A stretch of 56,615 bases of DNA, filler included, from Dimargaris cristalligena (Eukaryota), in NCBI GenBank assembly GCA_003614675.1. It is 3 parts of 3 records of this genome, joined end to end, with 100 filler letters (N's around TTAATTAATTAA, not from the genome) between each part and the next. Parts side by side here need not be neighbours in the genome. Positions count along the whole stretch, not along the records: positions 18,930 to 37,745 come from ML002753.1; positions 37,846 to 56,615 come from ML002754.1; 1 more part is not named here. One strand, written 5' to 3'. The number at the start of each line of letters is the position of its first letter. Position 1 is the stretch's first letter. Shown one piece after another: positions 34,537-46,508 of this stretch. The notes beneath the pieces are model-generated. The model was not told where the DNA came from. It saw only the letters and a program-made list of their open reading frames with translations, and did no database searches. The position numbers and the translations under genes are program-made.

Positions 34537-35250
34537 TCATCCATTGGTAGAGGGCCCTTTGGCACCTTGTTTATGACACGAATTTCTCTCATGGACTGTC
34601 CGGTTATCTGGACGGTTAAATTTCCTACCACACCGTTTACAGGCGAACGGCTTTGCATTTACGTGTATATTCATATGTCTTTGGAGGTGATCCCGGCGGA
34701 TGAATGATTTAGAGCATTTTGAACAACTAAATTTTGTCTCCTTACAATCCTTGCCCCGATATACCCGGCTGCTTTTGGGTACCTGCGGTTGTTTCACGTT
34801 GGTGTTGTGTAGATTTATTGGCACCTGGATGGAGAACTGGTTCGCTAGAGGGGGGAGGCTACCACTTCTTGAGCCGGAACTACTAACCTCATTAAAGGGG
34901 CTGGACCCTGTAGACTCGGAGCCTGGGGTGGACTGGTCAATGATGGTCGGTTGTTCATTAGCTTGAGCATATCCAATGCCCTCATTGTTCAAGGGGAATC
35001 CGAGACTGGCATAGTGGTTCATAAACTCTTCACCATCGAGCTGACCGATATACGCTAGATACTGCACCATTGACCAAGTCTGGAAAAAAGGATCCTTGGC
35101 TGGATTCAAACCTTCTTCCTCAAAACCGCCATCGGGGTTGTTGGCATCAAGTATGTCGTTGAGATGATTGAGACGGTAATCTTGCTTGGAGGCCCAGCTG
35201 GCAGCGAGTGAGCCCAGTAAAAAAAGACAAACGGCTCCAACGAAACGCAT
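34537..35250 (-). CDS. Signal-peptide-bearing protein with two C-terminal C2H2-type zinc fingers (237 aa)
   Basis: N-terminus MRFVGAVCLFLLGSLAASWAS. Fingers FSCSKCSKSFIRRDHLQRHMNIH and FACKRCGRKFNRPDNRTVHERNSC are joined by the linker VNAKP. Start context ACAATG. Confidence 0.88.
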   Translation of the reverse strand: MRFVGAVCLFLLGSLAASWASKQDYRLNHLNDILDANNPDGGFEEEGLNPAKDPFFQTWSMVQYLAYIGQLDGEEFMNHYASLGFPLNNEGIGYAQANEQPTIIDQSTPGSESTGSSPFNEVSSSGSRSGSLPPLANQFSIQVPINLHNTNVKQPQVPKSSRVYRGKDCKETKFSCSKCSKSFIRRDHLQRHMNIHVNAKPFACKRCGRKFNRPDNRTVHERNSCHKQGAKGPSTNG

Positions 35251-35268
35251 TGTGTTGATAAAGAATAG

Positions 35269-35469
35269 CTGGAGATTAAGTACTAAACCAAACCACGTCA
35301 GACTGGTGTGGATTCCTGTCTTACAATAATAAACTTACTCAATGGCCGAATACACCAATTGGCGGTGAGGATGTGATGGAATGGATAATGTATCTGTAAT
35401 GAAATAGGTCAATATATATCCGAAACGTAATGGATGGCAGATATAGAGGCGAGGCTATACCTATTTATA
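35269..35469 (-). promoter_or_regulatory. TATA box (TATAAATA, 35462-35469) and probable 70-bp 5'UTR intron (35338-35269) of the secreted zinc-finger gene
   Basis: Minus-strand TTTATAAATAGG; GA|GTAAGT donor and CTCCAG acceptor 18 nt upstream of the ATG; no ATG seen in the leader just upstream of the donor. Confidence 0.5.
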
Positions 35470-36438
35470 AAGGCTCAAAAATAGCACCCATTTGGCTGGC
35501 GACACTGGTCAGCGCAAATACGGATTGATAATCATTACGCCGCAGGCATTGGACGTCCTCGTTTATCCTAAAGATTCGAAAGGGCACTATGCACCATTTT
35601 TCTGCGTGGCTATGATTTTGGTTAGGGTTACACTAATTATTCGGTTTCACACATGGTCCAATGAGTGGCAACCCCCCATCGAGGCACTGTATAATATGGC
35701 TACCATACTAGGGTGGATTATTCACCATAAAAATATCCACCATCTCCGTGTTGCCAATGAAAGTCTCGTTTCATAATGGGACATTTCTCCCACCCACTCG
35801 TCAATGACCGGATAGTCGTACCACACCACAGTCATGTATGGCAGACCAACAAGCCAGGCTACCTGTACTCCTGTGACATCCTCGACTATCCACTTAAAAT
35901 GGTCCCCCTCGTCATTGAAGCGGCCCTATTTTATAATTAGTATTGGGCTTCAAGTCATCCAGGCGTTTTATCGTCCATACGAGCGAACATTACATTGTAT
36001 TGTATGGAAAACATCAAATTCTTGCATTGGCCACTTCATTATCTTTTAAGCCGAGGCGTCTGATTTGGTATCAAATTCTCTGTTGTTCTGCTATGGGTTG
36101 AACAATTCTCCCTAATAGCAATGTTTTGGAAGTACAGAGTAATGTTAGCCTGTGGTCACAGATTGAGATCCACTGATATCAATTGGGAACTGATGAACGT
36201 GCACGTGATGACCATGGGAAACGTGCACCATAGACGCATTGGTCCAGTTGTTACCAAGTGACTGTATAACCCTTGCGCTAAAGCAAAACAATCCGGGGTG
36301 GGAGGGGTGTCCCTCAAGTATGTGTATCAGTGAATAAGCATCAATACATTGGCCAACTAAAGGTTCGATCAATTACCATTTAAGGGGGGGGGGTAGGTAG
36401 CTAAAATAATATACAACTATAGACCCATTATTTTATTA

Positions 36439-36581
36439 AATGAGAGAGGTTCAACCAAGCTGTATAATTAAAAATCTGTTGGATGAAGCAAATATTACTG
36501 GTTAAAAATAAATCCCCCATATATTATCACATACACTTACTATTTAAAACCTTATGCAGCTGGGTCAGATTTCACCCATAT
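36439..36581 (+). mobile_element. MITE-like element, copy 2 (CpG-eroded)
   Basis: GGTTCAACCAAGCTGTATAATTAAAAATCTGTTGGATG...CTTATGCAGCTGGGTCAGATTTCACCCATAT aligns with the other copies. Several CG sites of copy 1 read TG here. Confidence 0.75.
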
Positions 36582-37745
36582 GTAGATATCAGCCATAATA
36601 CAAAGGTGCCTTCAGGCAGTTTCAAGCAGTCCACAAGTATAACAGAACTGCCAGGTAGGGCTATTGTCACCCAGATTTGGCAAAAATGACAAATTTTATG
36701 AGAATACTAAATAATTTGCTAAACCTAACTTGTTAAATTCTTCATTCTTGACTTGATGAGCCATGTTTGACTATACAGATGATTCTAACTGACACCTCTC
36801 AGCCAGCAGTTCCCATACCATCCCAACCATTTCAATAAACAAAAGGGTTAAGTAGTCTTCCAAATTTACCTGCTCAATACCCTTATTCCATAAACACTTA
36901 CCCGGTATTCACTTTATATATAATATCATTTATTAGTGTCCTTTAGTATTGTCTTAGTTACTTCTGTAATCCAATACTACTGGTCTGCTCTGCCAAAAAA
37001 AATCAGACTTATTACTTACAATAATTAATCAGTTACCTAGGCATTCAATCAACTCCCCTTCACTAACCAGCCTACTTACTGTATGTCCCAAGTTGATTAT
37101 TACATATGTTTTATAAAAGTGATATTTTCTACACTATATTAGGGGCTCCTCAATATACTCTTCTGTGGTGCAGGCTACCCCAGCATATTCTGGACCTTCA
37201 ACCTATGCTATATTAGTATAACTAGTAATTACAAGAATATGGGAGATAAATTATTAACCAGGGGTTTTTGTCTTATCCAACGGATATGTTGTTAGATGTA
37301 CTACCAAGGGTCAGGACAATTTTCCCTTTCCATGAGACTAACTGGTTATTATACTCCACCCCATGATACCTGCACACTCTAGGGCCGTAGTTATGCCTTT
37401 GCTGCAAACAGTGCTCACACTGGGATGAGTGAGCGACATTGAAGTCTTCCATATCTGTCATGACTGGTTAATTTGAGCTACAAGAATAACCAGCCATATA
37501 AGTAAAAAAACCCATACTAATAAATGGGTAAAATTAATATTTAATATTATCACAATATATACCCATTATCCTACTGTGTTTTATTCCCATTGTTTTATTC
37601 CCTGTATTACCTAGTTATTGATTTGTATTTATTAGTTGTTGTCATTCTTCTCCTGCCCCTTGAGTTTAGATATAACCCCAACCATTCCCCCTGTAAAGAA
37701 CTGAAATCAAATCCTTGAAAACTGAACTTTATTTGAAAAGATAGG
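36582..37745. other. CpG-depleted, TpA-rich non-genic tract at contig end (probable decayed repeat)
   Basis: Only four CG dinucleotides found by eye in ~1.16 kb; no credible ORF. Confidence 0.45.
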
Positions 37746-37845
37746 NNNNNNNNNNNNNNNNNNNNNNNNNNNNNNNNNNNNNNNNNNNNTTAATTAATTA
37801 ANNNNNNNNNNNNNNNNNNNNNNNNNNNNNNNNNNNNNNNNNNNN
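37746..37845. other. Artificial contig linker N44-TTAATTAATTAA-N44
   Basis: Same 100-bp structure as 18830-18929. Confidence 0.98.
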
Positions 37846-38418
37846 ATTGGGAGATAGTTTAGTTGTTGGTGTTGTTACCATTGAGCCCCTCTCGGGTTTT
37901 GGTGTGGCAATGTGAATATTTACTTAATAATGTATGGAGCATCAGCATGCCCGCCCAAAGTTAGTACCTGGCTATGGGATTGGAATATATAAATGAATTG
38001 GCCTTGCCTATGGTAAATATTTAATTTAGTAGAGTTTGCCTAGCTCGGACTATGCAGCAAATAGCTGCAACTTTAATAAACCTAGGTTTTCCGTGCTAAC
38101 CTGCTTTCAGCGACTCCAGAGCAAGGCAATAACGGACTACATTGCTTTAATGTGAGGATACAGAGGAAAGAGGGGCGAGAAGCGCGCATACTTCCCTAAT
38201 TTCGCGCGTCCCCATTGCCAACTGAAAAGCCGCTTGGATTGGCCTACATTCGCTCACGTTAAATCCACCATTCCTTTACTCTGATTATTATAGCATTGTC
38301 ATTTTCGCCACCATTCCGCGAAACTAAGACGTCGATTGTATTTCATTTGTCGTGGCTACTCGCATGTTCCCAAACCAGCCCACCTGTATTCTATCCCTAT
38401 ATTTTTTATTTCATTCCG

Positions 38419-40308
38419 ATGGTTCCCAGCAATTCCAATGACATGGATCTCGATCCCCAACAGTCTACCCGCCCCTGGCCTCAGTATGCGCCAATGGCGA
38501 GCAGCGACGATAACGCTCCCCAGACGGTGCCTACTACTACTACTAATACTACTACTGTAACCCAGCGTCACCAGCCTCTCTATCCCATGGAGGTTAGCCA
38601 GGACCTTTTCGCGCTCATTGGAGGAGCCCCCACCGTTCTGATTCACAAGCCCAGTGCCAGGCCTAAACCAAAACCGGACGACACCCAGGCGGCCCAATGG
38701 GTATGGCGGGGCTTCACGAGTAGTGCCCGCAACGACGACTTGGTCCTCTACCATTGGGTTAAGGCCGACGAGGACCCTTCAGGTAAATAAACGTAACCCA
38801 TGCGATTATAATGTATTACACGCGTCCTGATACTTGGACCATATGGCATGCCAGTGGGTTAGGGGCAGGAACCCGTCCTCGGTATGGATTAAATTCCATT
38901 GGCATCTGCTAATTATCATCCTCCCATTTTCCATCCCACCCTGCCCCTTATGGTATGCACCCAATGTGTACCCGTGTCAGACTACCACTTCGCGCCCTTT
39001 AACCAGATGATTGATGTGGGTGAATACACCGAAGTCGAATACGACCTCTATCTACGCGACGATGACTGGACCAAGGCCGAGACGGCCTATCTAATGGATT
39101 TGTGCCGGCAGTTTGACCTACGCTTTGTGGTGGTTGCCGACCGCTATGAATTCCCGGATAAATCCCGAAGCATGGAAGATCTTAAAGAGCGCTACTACTC
39201 GGTCCAGCAGAAACTCCTACGGGGTCGACACACGGCAGGTCCCATCAACGACCCCGGTTTGCAGCGGGACTTGGCCGTTTATGATTACAACAAGGACCGC
39301 GAAATTGAGCGTAAGAGTTACTTGGAGGTCCTCTACCGGCGCACGCGGGCCCAGGTCCAGGAGGAGGAGGCCCTCTACATTGAAGCCCGACGTCTGGACC
39401 AAAACGAGAAACGCCTGACCCATGAGCGTAATGCCTTACTGCGTCTACTTAATGCCCACGAAACTAACCTACTCCTGCGTCAGGCCGGTCGCAAAGCCCG
39501 TCGCAGCGGCCAGCCGTCGAACCTGGCTATAGGGACGGGCAGTGCCGCCCATCACCTTCGTCTCGGGGGTGACGTCCCCGCCCACCTACATCTGTCCTCC
39601 CCTTTGACTGGGACTATTCCGCCGGGGTCCGACGATCCCGGGGCGGCGGGTTTGGTGGACCCCGCGGGATTGGACTCGTCTACTTCCTTCGGCGACGACT
39701 TTGCCACCCCTTTCCAGTCTAAGAAACGCAAATTCCTCAAGAAACACAAATCGGATACGCCGGGTACGCCCCGGGGAGGGGGGGGTCCCCTCGGCAGCAG
39801 CCCGGGTTCGCTCTCCCCCGTTCGGTCCCTGTTTCCCGGTACTCCTACCCCATCATCGGGCCTGGCGGCCGGTGGTGGTGGTGGCCATACGGGCTATGCC
39901 TTAGAAGGTCGGGAATTTGCCGATGGGGATCACCCCGGTTCAACCGGCACCGGCACCGGCTCCTCTTCATCAGCTGCTGCGGCGGTAGCGACCGGTTCGG
40001 CCCTGGTTACCCGGGTCGCCAGTCGCGACCGACAACCCCCCGGGGCCTTTATCCGTAGTACCCGGATTGCCCCCGTCAAGATCAGTATGAGCCAAAAAGT
40101 CCTAGCGTATCTGGATGAACTTAACGTACCTCCCCGGCCGGTGATGGCGACCGGTCCCATTTGCGCGGAATTCGACCGGCTCCAGGCGAATATTCTGGCC
40201 CTGTTGGAACTGAAGAAGCACGCGGATAAACTGGAAGCCGATGTCAAACAAGCGACGGCCCGGAAGGCCCAGTTATTGGGCCAGGATGCTTCTGCGACGG
40301 GCCACTAA
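38419..40308 (+). CDS. SWC4: SWR1/NuA4 complex subunit Swc4/Eaf2 (DMAP1 homolog), SANT domain (exons 38419-38782, 38981-40308; 563 aa)
   Basis: WVWRGFTSSARNDDLVLYHWVK, Y.FA.FN and WTKAETAYLMDLCRQFDLRFVVVADRY..RSMEDLKERYY are typical Swc4/DMAP1 motifs. Phase-1 intron G|GTAAAT..TCAG|AC. Confidence 0.93.
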
Positions 40309-40935
40309 TCTGAATGGCCCAACAACGGGGGAATGGCGCTGGGCTTCATTGCAACTAATTCTAATAACCGTGGCCTATAGAGGTTTGTTTTTTATATATA
40401 TACGACTAATAAACCGCTATTTTGTAAATATAAATATGTATTTTCTCACTGCATAACATTCAAGTGGCCTGAGTGGGCAATGAAAAGGCATACTGGCTAG
40501 CGGTTCTAATAATTATGCTTATCTATGCGTATTATAAGCTGATCGATGCCCTCGACTGCCATAAATAAAGGCATCTAGTATGGCCTGAATGTATCTATTT
40601 AAATTGCATGTTATTGTTGCAGTTGCTCACAAGCTGTTCACAACCATTGGCCATATGTTCCAGGGAATGAGCTTTATAGTGAAAGATAGAAATTTGTATT
40701 CGAGTATATGTATGAGAAGCCAGTGGGGGGAGAGAAAAAATAAGAAGCGAAACAAGGTACAGGGTGTAGACAAGCATGAATCCAGAATGTGAAAGGTTTC
40801 GGGTCAACAGTCGAAGGCTGACATTAATAGGGGAGCAGAGTGACAAAGTAGGGAAAACGAAAAGGCAATAATAATAGGCCAATGGGAATAGATGGCGGAT
40901 GGGTGAAGAGAGAGAGAGAGATAGGAGGGACGGAA

Positions 40936-42106
40936 TTATTTTGAGCCAGGGGTGATGGAATTTACGAGCCTGGTTAAGGTGGAGGAGATGATTGCGGGCC
41001 GGGTCGCAAATGTTCGTTAGATTAGGGAAATATTTGGGAAGGCAGATTTTATAAATCGAAGGTTAGTCGGGTTAATAGGGGTGGTGGGTGTTCCATGTGC
41101 CGTTTGTTTGCACATGTGCTTGTGCTGCAGATTAATACAATCCAGCCCGGTGTATCCAGTAGCCTGAACACAAATGATACCGATTATTATAATAATTGTC
41201 CCGCTAAATGGGGTCCCACTTACCAGTCGAGCCCTTCGTCTAGGCCTTCTCCTTTCACCGCACTTGTTTTATAAATCGACCACTGCCGGTCACGCAACCG
41301 ACTGAGTCCCAGACTCTCGGACACCTCGGCCGGGGTCATGGCGTTGGGTTGGTCCTGCTTATTAGCGAACACCAACAGTACCGCATCCCGTAACTCCTCC
41401 TCTTCAATCATACTGATGAGCTCGTCCCGACTGGTGCCGATACGATCCCGGTCCGCACTGTCAACCACGTAGATAATGGCGTCGGTATTGGCGTAGTAGC
41501 ACCGCCAGTAGGGGCGGATACTGGTTTGGCCGCCCAGGTCCCACACCTGGAATTTGACATTCTTGTAAGCTACGGTTTCGACATTGAAGCCGATGGTGGG
41601 AATGGTCGATACGACTTCGCCGAGCTGCATGCGGTAGAGGATCGTGGTTTTGCCTGCCCCGTCCAGACCTAATATAAGAATGCGGACTTCGCGTTCGCCC
41701 CATAGACGGGTGAATAGTTTAGTGAAGGCTTGCCCTGTGGGATAGGATGGGTTTGGAGAGTGGGTTAGGGTGGGGAGGAATGCATACAGACGTACGTAAA
41801 AAGGGGGTTAGTGAATCCGGGTGGGTTTGAGCAGTTAACCTCCCGTTTGGCCGAAAAGGCCGCCACAGGAACTAGATAAGACTCATCTCACACGAACAAG
41901 CCCCGTATATCAGACAGCTGGGGGCGGTGAGAAGGCGAGTGAACTCGGTTCAATGACAGCGGGGATAGGGCAGGATGGCAGCAGGTCAAGAGCTGACGCG
42001 GCCCCTTCCCGGAACGTACGCAGGAAGGCGACCCTTCCCCCCCCCCGTTCCACGCTAGATTAGGACGAGCTATAAAACTGCATATTTGGCAAGTGAACGT
42101 ACCCAT
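40936..42106 (-). CDS. ARL1: ADP-ribosylation factor-like GTPase Arl1 (exons 42106-42103, 41734-41224, 40969-40936; 182 aa)
   Basis: MG myristoylation start via a 4-nt ATGG coding exon. GLDGAGKT P-loop, [17 protein letters not shown] (Arl1-specific), NKQD, TSA; ends [11 protein letters not shown]. Confidence 0.95.
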
Positions 42107-43029
42107 TGTATAGTGAATACGTGGGGTCGATGGGTGATGAATGAGAGTAGAATAGGACCGCAGGTATACACAAGGGATGGACTACTGGACTGGACTAAGT
42201 TATAAAAGATAAAGGGATAGAACAGCAAGTGAAGTATAGTCGGTAAGCAATGTGGACCGTAAGGATAAGTTAGAAAGCAAGACCAATGAGACGCACTGGT
42301 GGACCACAATGAAGAGGGATACAGAAGTTGACGTAACTTCAGCAACCAAAGAAAAGGGGATGAGGAGGAATAGAGTGAGACGGAATTCCACACAAAGTAT
42401 CATTGATTATAGAGTTCCTTCTTTCTCTTTCTCTCTTCCTTGCTCTCTTTATATATAACAGCCCAAGAAGGGCATTACGCAGCTAATATACCTTTACTTC
42501 CACACTCACACTAATGCTTGGCTAAAGTATAGGCACAAAAGGAGGGGGGGGCTATTACTAAGAGACGCGCTAGTAATAGTATTAAGGATTATTTGATTCA
42601 CATCCAATATAGACAGCTGGTTATGGAGAGTGCCGGCCAATTACCATAGGTTTGGCTTGTTCAGATATTCAAAACCTTTTATTTGCCAAGCCTCCCCCAG
42701 CCGCGCATACCCCAAAAAGCAGCTAGAGTGGCTTCTTTGGATTGTGCAGCCAGCACAATTAATATCACACTAGACGCTCTCGGCCTTTGGAATAAAAGTC
42801 AGCCGCATTACACAGTAGAGGGGGGGGGTTTCGTGGCCCAGGCCCCTACGACTATCCCTCTTCTTGAGTAAAACAATGCCATTCCTATTTGATGTTTTAT
42901 TGATTCACACAAACCAGCGGAGCGTGGTAATGCTATAATGATAAACGATAGTAACAATGGGGGGTGGTGAACCTGACCCGGCATAAACAATCGAGGGACC
43001 GGGGTTATCGACAATAGATCCTAAATGGT

Positions 43030-46000
43030 TTATTCGTCTGCGTTGAGTGTCCGGAGTCGCTTCTGTCTTTCAGACAACAGTTCGCCCATGGCCTTGGTCT
43101 TCTTAAACCTATAAAGTGAAGGGGGAAAATTAGCAACAGGTGGGGGGGGGAGAGTCCACATATATAATATACAAACATCACCGGTTAGCGATCAGATAAA
43201 AATCACTCACTCACTCGCTTGGACTACAGAGGGCGGGTCACTACTATCTTACAAAGGATCAAAATATGTGGAGTTACTTACCGAGGATTAGTCGGATCAA
43301 TCGCGAACATGTGTGACTCATGCACCGCCGAGAAACGCGAGTCGCCCACATTAATCTTGAAGTCCTCTTGCAGATCGCGCAGTTCCTCGGCCTTATTCTT
43401 TCCGGGCGTCTTGCGGCGCCGGCGGCCCTTACGCTTCTCACTCTTGACAATTTCGTTCATGTCGAAGTGACGCTCGTCGTTGGCCTCTTCGTCCATCAAC
43501 AGCAGGTCCAGATTGGCCTGTTCACGCTGTTGTTCGGCCTCCTCCAGAGCGGCCTTGCGGGCCCGAGACTTCTTGGGGTCTTCGTCTGTAGATTATGGGT
43601 ATGGGAGAGGGGGTGGTTCGGATTATCCAATATAGATTTAAAAAATAACAGAGAAATTAGCATCCTATATCGACAGCCAAGTCGGGTATAGTCCCATTCA
43701 ATTGAAGACTGGTGAAAACATAAAGTACACGCGGCGAACACCCGCTATGGGGGGGTATAGAGAGACACGCTATTCAACCCCCTGTAAGCAAATCAGGCGC
43801 CCGTTAACTCCAGTTCCTATAAAAAACCAAAGCCATAATATAATGTAATACTTACCCTCGGAGGATTCGTCGTCTTCTCCAGTGGCAGCCATTTCAGTCT
43901 TGCGGCGCATTTTGCGTTCCAAATGCTTGCGGCGGTAGGCTTCCAGAGTGGTTTCGTTCTCCTTCTAGAATGGTTGAAATTAGGAACCATGGCGTCAACG
44001 TAGTCAGACCAGCCGCTCGGTTAGTTAGCATAAAATCAACAATACCCCAATTGAAGTATAGGAACAAGACCATGTGGTGCGAAAAATCAATTATACGGTG
44101 ATGGTTAATACTTACTGCCTCTTCACCACCATCGGCCTTGAAGTCTGGCTCCATTTCGTTCATGGCGGGTTTAAATGTAATTTGCATCTCTTGGTCTACA
44201 TCACCGTCGCTACCGTCGTCGTCCAAAAAGCTGGTTGAAGTCTTATTTTGGAGTAGGGCCAGGTACTTCTCCCGGAGTTTCTTGGACTTGGACCGACCCT
44301 TCAGGGCGGATTTCTTGGATTTCGGGGCCGGGACCGTTGATTTACGAGCGTCGCCGGCGTTGTCGTCACCGTCGCTATCACTACTTCCGGCCACTAGTCC
44401 CGAATTATCAATCTCGTCGTCATCATCATCCTCGGAACTATCATCGGAGTGGTCCGATGCCAAATAGGCCGAAAAGTCCATCGCTTCCACGTCCTCTTTG
44501 GTGAACGTCCGCCGCATCGCGCGCACCCGCTCCGGGTCATCCTCGTCCCAGTTCACCTTGATACGGGAATGACGCAGATTGCCCGAACTGAGGGATCCGG
44601 GCACGTAATGTTCGTCCCCTTTGGTCACACCGTCTTTTACATCGGCTTCATTGAACTGGGTCTCGTCAGGAATGTAGCGCAGATCAAAGGTAAGCCCCGA
44701 TTCCTCGAACTCAACGCCGTCGCAGTGCTCGTAGATAACCTGGGCGGTGACCACCGAGTCGCACTCTACCACACCGTAGTAGAAGTTGCGCTTGTCCACT
44801 TCGTATTGGCGCGCGGCGTTATGGTCGACTTCCTGGCCGTCGTTCTCTGTAAAGAGCGAACGAGGGAATAGGTCGCCGGTGTCACTATCTTCGGATCCAT
44901 CGCTGTCTTGGTCGGACTCGCCGGCGACTTCTTGGGGAATGCCTTCTTCTTCGGACTCCTCCAGCACCGCCTCTTCCTCTTCGGACTCCTCTTCGGAAAC
45001 ATCGGATTCCTCTACGTCACTACCGGATAGTCGGGATTTTCCCATTTGGGGGCCACTGACCGCTTCCTATAAATGGTTAAATGGGGCAAGCAGAAGAGAA
45101 TACACAAACGAATATATGAAAAAAAATACCCAGTATGTTAGGTTAGTAGGGTTACTAGGATGTGACTTTAGGGTATTATGATCTTGGGCGCCAGGGGGGA
45201 TAAAGGGGTTGATCCAAGAAACAGCGACAAAAATATCGTTTGGGGCACCGTGCCGTTATATCAACGGCGGAATAATTTGGCTATCTAAACTCACCTTGGC
45301 CATTCTCTGTTTACCGAATTCAGAGGGGTATATTTTAACGGACAGGATTGATCCCCCTGTGGGCTTCACCGTGGTAAAGACCTTGAATAAATCGCGGCAC
45401 TATTGGTATATAACGCAGGGGTATAGGGTGGGGATTATACATTAGCAACTTGCTTGGGCAATTGGACAAGACTCGAATAAAAACTATATACTCTGTATTG
45501 GCCCAAATAGTCCAGTGCAGTAAATTGCCGGGACCATTTCGACACGGGGGCTCAGGAAAGTTGAGATACTTACTTTGACATGCGACCAGTCCATTTGGAG
45601 AACAGCGAACCGTTTGGTGGGCTCCCCGAGTGGGATGGGTTCTGCTTCTTGTTCCTCTTCCTCGGGAACCTCGAGGTCCGACTCCTCCGAGGAGGATACC
45701 AGCCCGATACCACGTGCCGGGTCGTATTCCCCCGACACTGCCGGGTTGTCGGCGTCGTCGTCATCATCGGAGGCATCGTCATCGGATTCCGACTGACCCT
45801 TCTCAAATGCATCCATGTTGTAGAAGCGGCGGAGCATGCCCTTTTCCCGGTTAACATGGACTTCCCGACCATATTTATCGAATTTGGCTAAATAGGGAGA
45901 GGGTGGTCAAAATATTAAGGCGGGTAATAAAAGGCACCAGTGGTTAGCATCGGCAATATTCCTATATGTGAAGAGACCGGTATTAATGAATAATCGGGGA

Positions 46001-46375
46001 CTGGCAGACGTTTTAGCAGCCTAGGTCGCGCCAACTGCCCAACTTGGCTTATTACAAAAAGACCGGGAGGTCGTACTTACCTACGGAAGTGAAGTCCTTA
46101 TCTTTCAGCATGCGGGAGAAGCGCTCGTCCACCTTTACCTTGAGGCTATTTTTGCTGGGACGGTCGAACCGGGAGTCGTACATCACCCGGTTGAAACGGC
46201 TATCATTGCGGTCCCCCTTCATGCCAATGGCCCCCGATTTCAGGACCCGGGGGGCTGCTGCTTTGCCCTTGCCATCCCCGTTGGAGGCGGAGGGGTTTTT
46301 TCCACCATTCGGCTTTCCATTCTTGCCCTTTTGATGGTTGGGCTTGCGCGTGTCGTCCTTTTTCTTGTCGGCCAT
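43030..46375 (-). CDS. ESF1: Pre-rRNA processing protein Esf1 (exons 46375-46081, 45887-45574, 45399-45295, 45066-44116, 43964-43856, 43585-43282, 43108-43030; 718 aa)
   Basis: DSRF..DSRF, VKVDERF, DKYGR, YDPARG, TKRFAVLQMDW, SVKIYPSEFGKQRM, DLRYIPD and the NUC153-like DSRFSAVHESHMFAIDPTNPRFKKT. All six introns are GT-AG and frame-consistent. Confidence 0.93.
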
Positions 46376-46474
46376 GGCTGCTACACTGCAAAGTCAGGGA
46401 ATGGGGCCCGGGGTTCTTTGAAATGCGGTTAAAACTTTTGGGAGGGCGGCAATGCAAGGTTTAGAAGAAAGAGC

Positions 46475-46476
<2 letters not shown>

Positions 46477-46505
<29 letters not shown>
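46477..46505. repeat. (AT)n microsatellite upstream of ESF1
   Basis: Run of alternating A/T; similar short SSRs at ~9888-9906 (TA), ~27721-27745 (TC) and ~49265-49282 (TAA). Confidence 0.85.

Positions 46506-46508
<3 letters not shown>

Noticed and set aside
41049..41163. Alternative ARL1 last exon via the TTCAG acceptor at 41164
   Set aside because: It gives an atypical 38-aa tail and has no clear branch site. The 40969 acceptor has CTAAC and yields a normal 182-aa Arl1.
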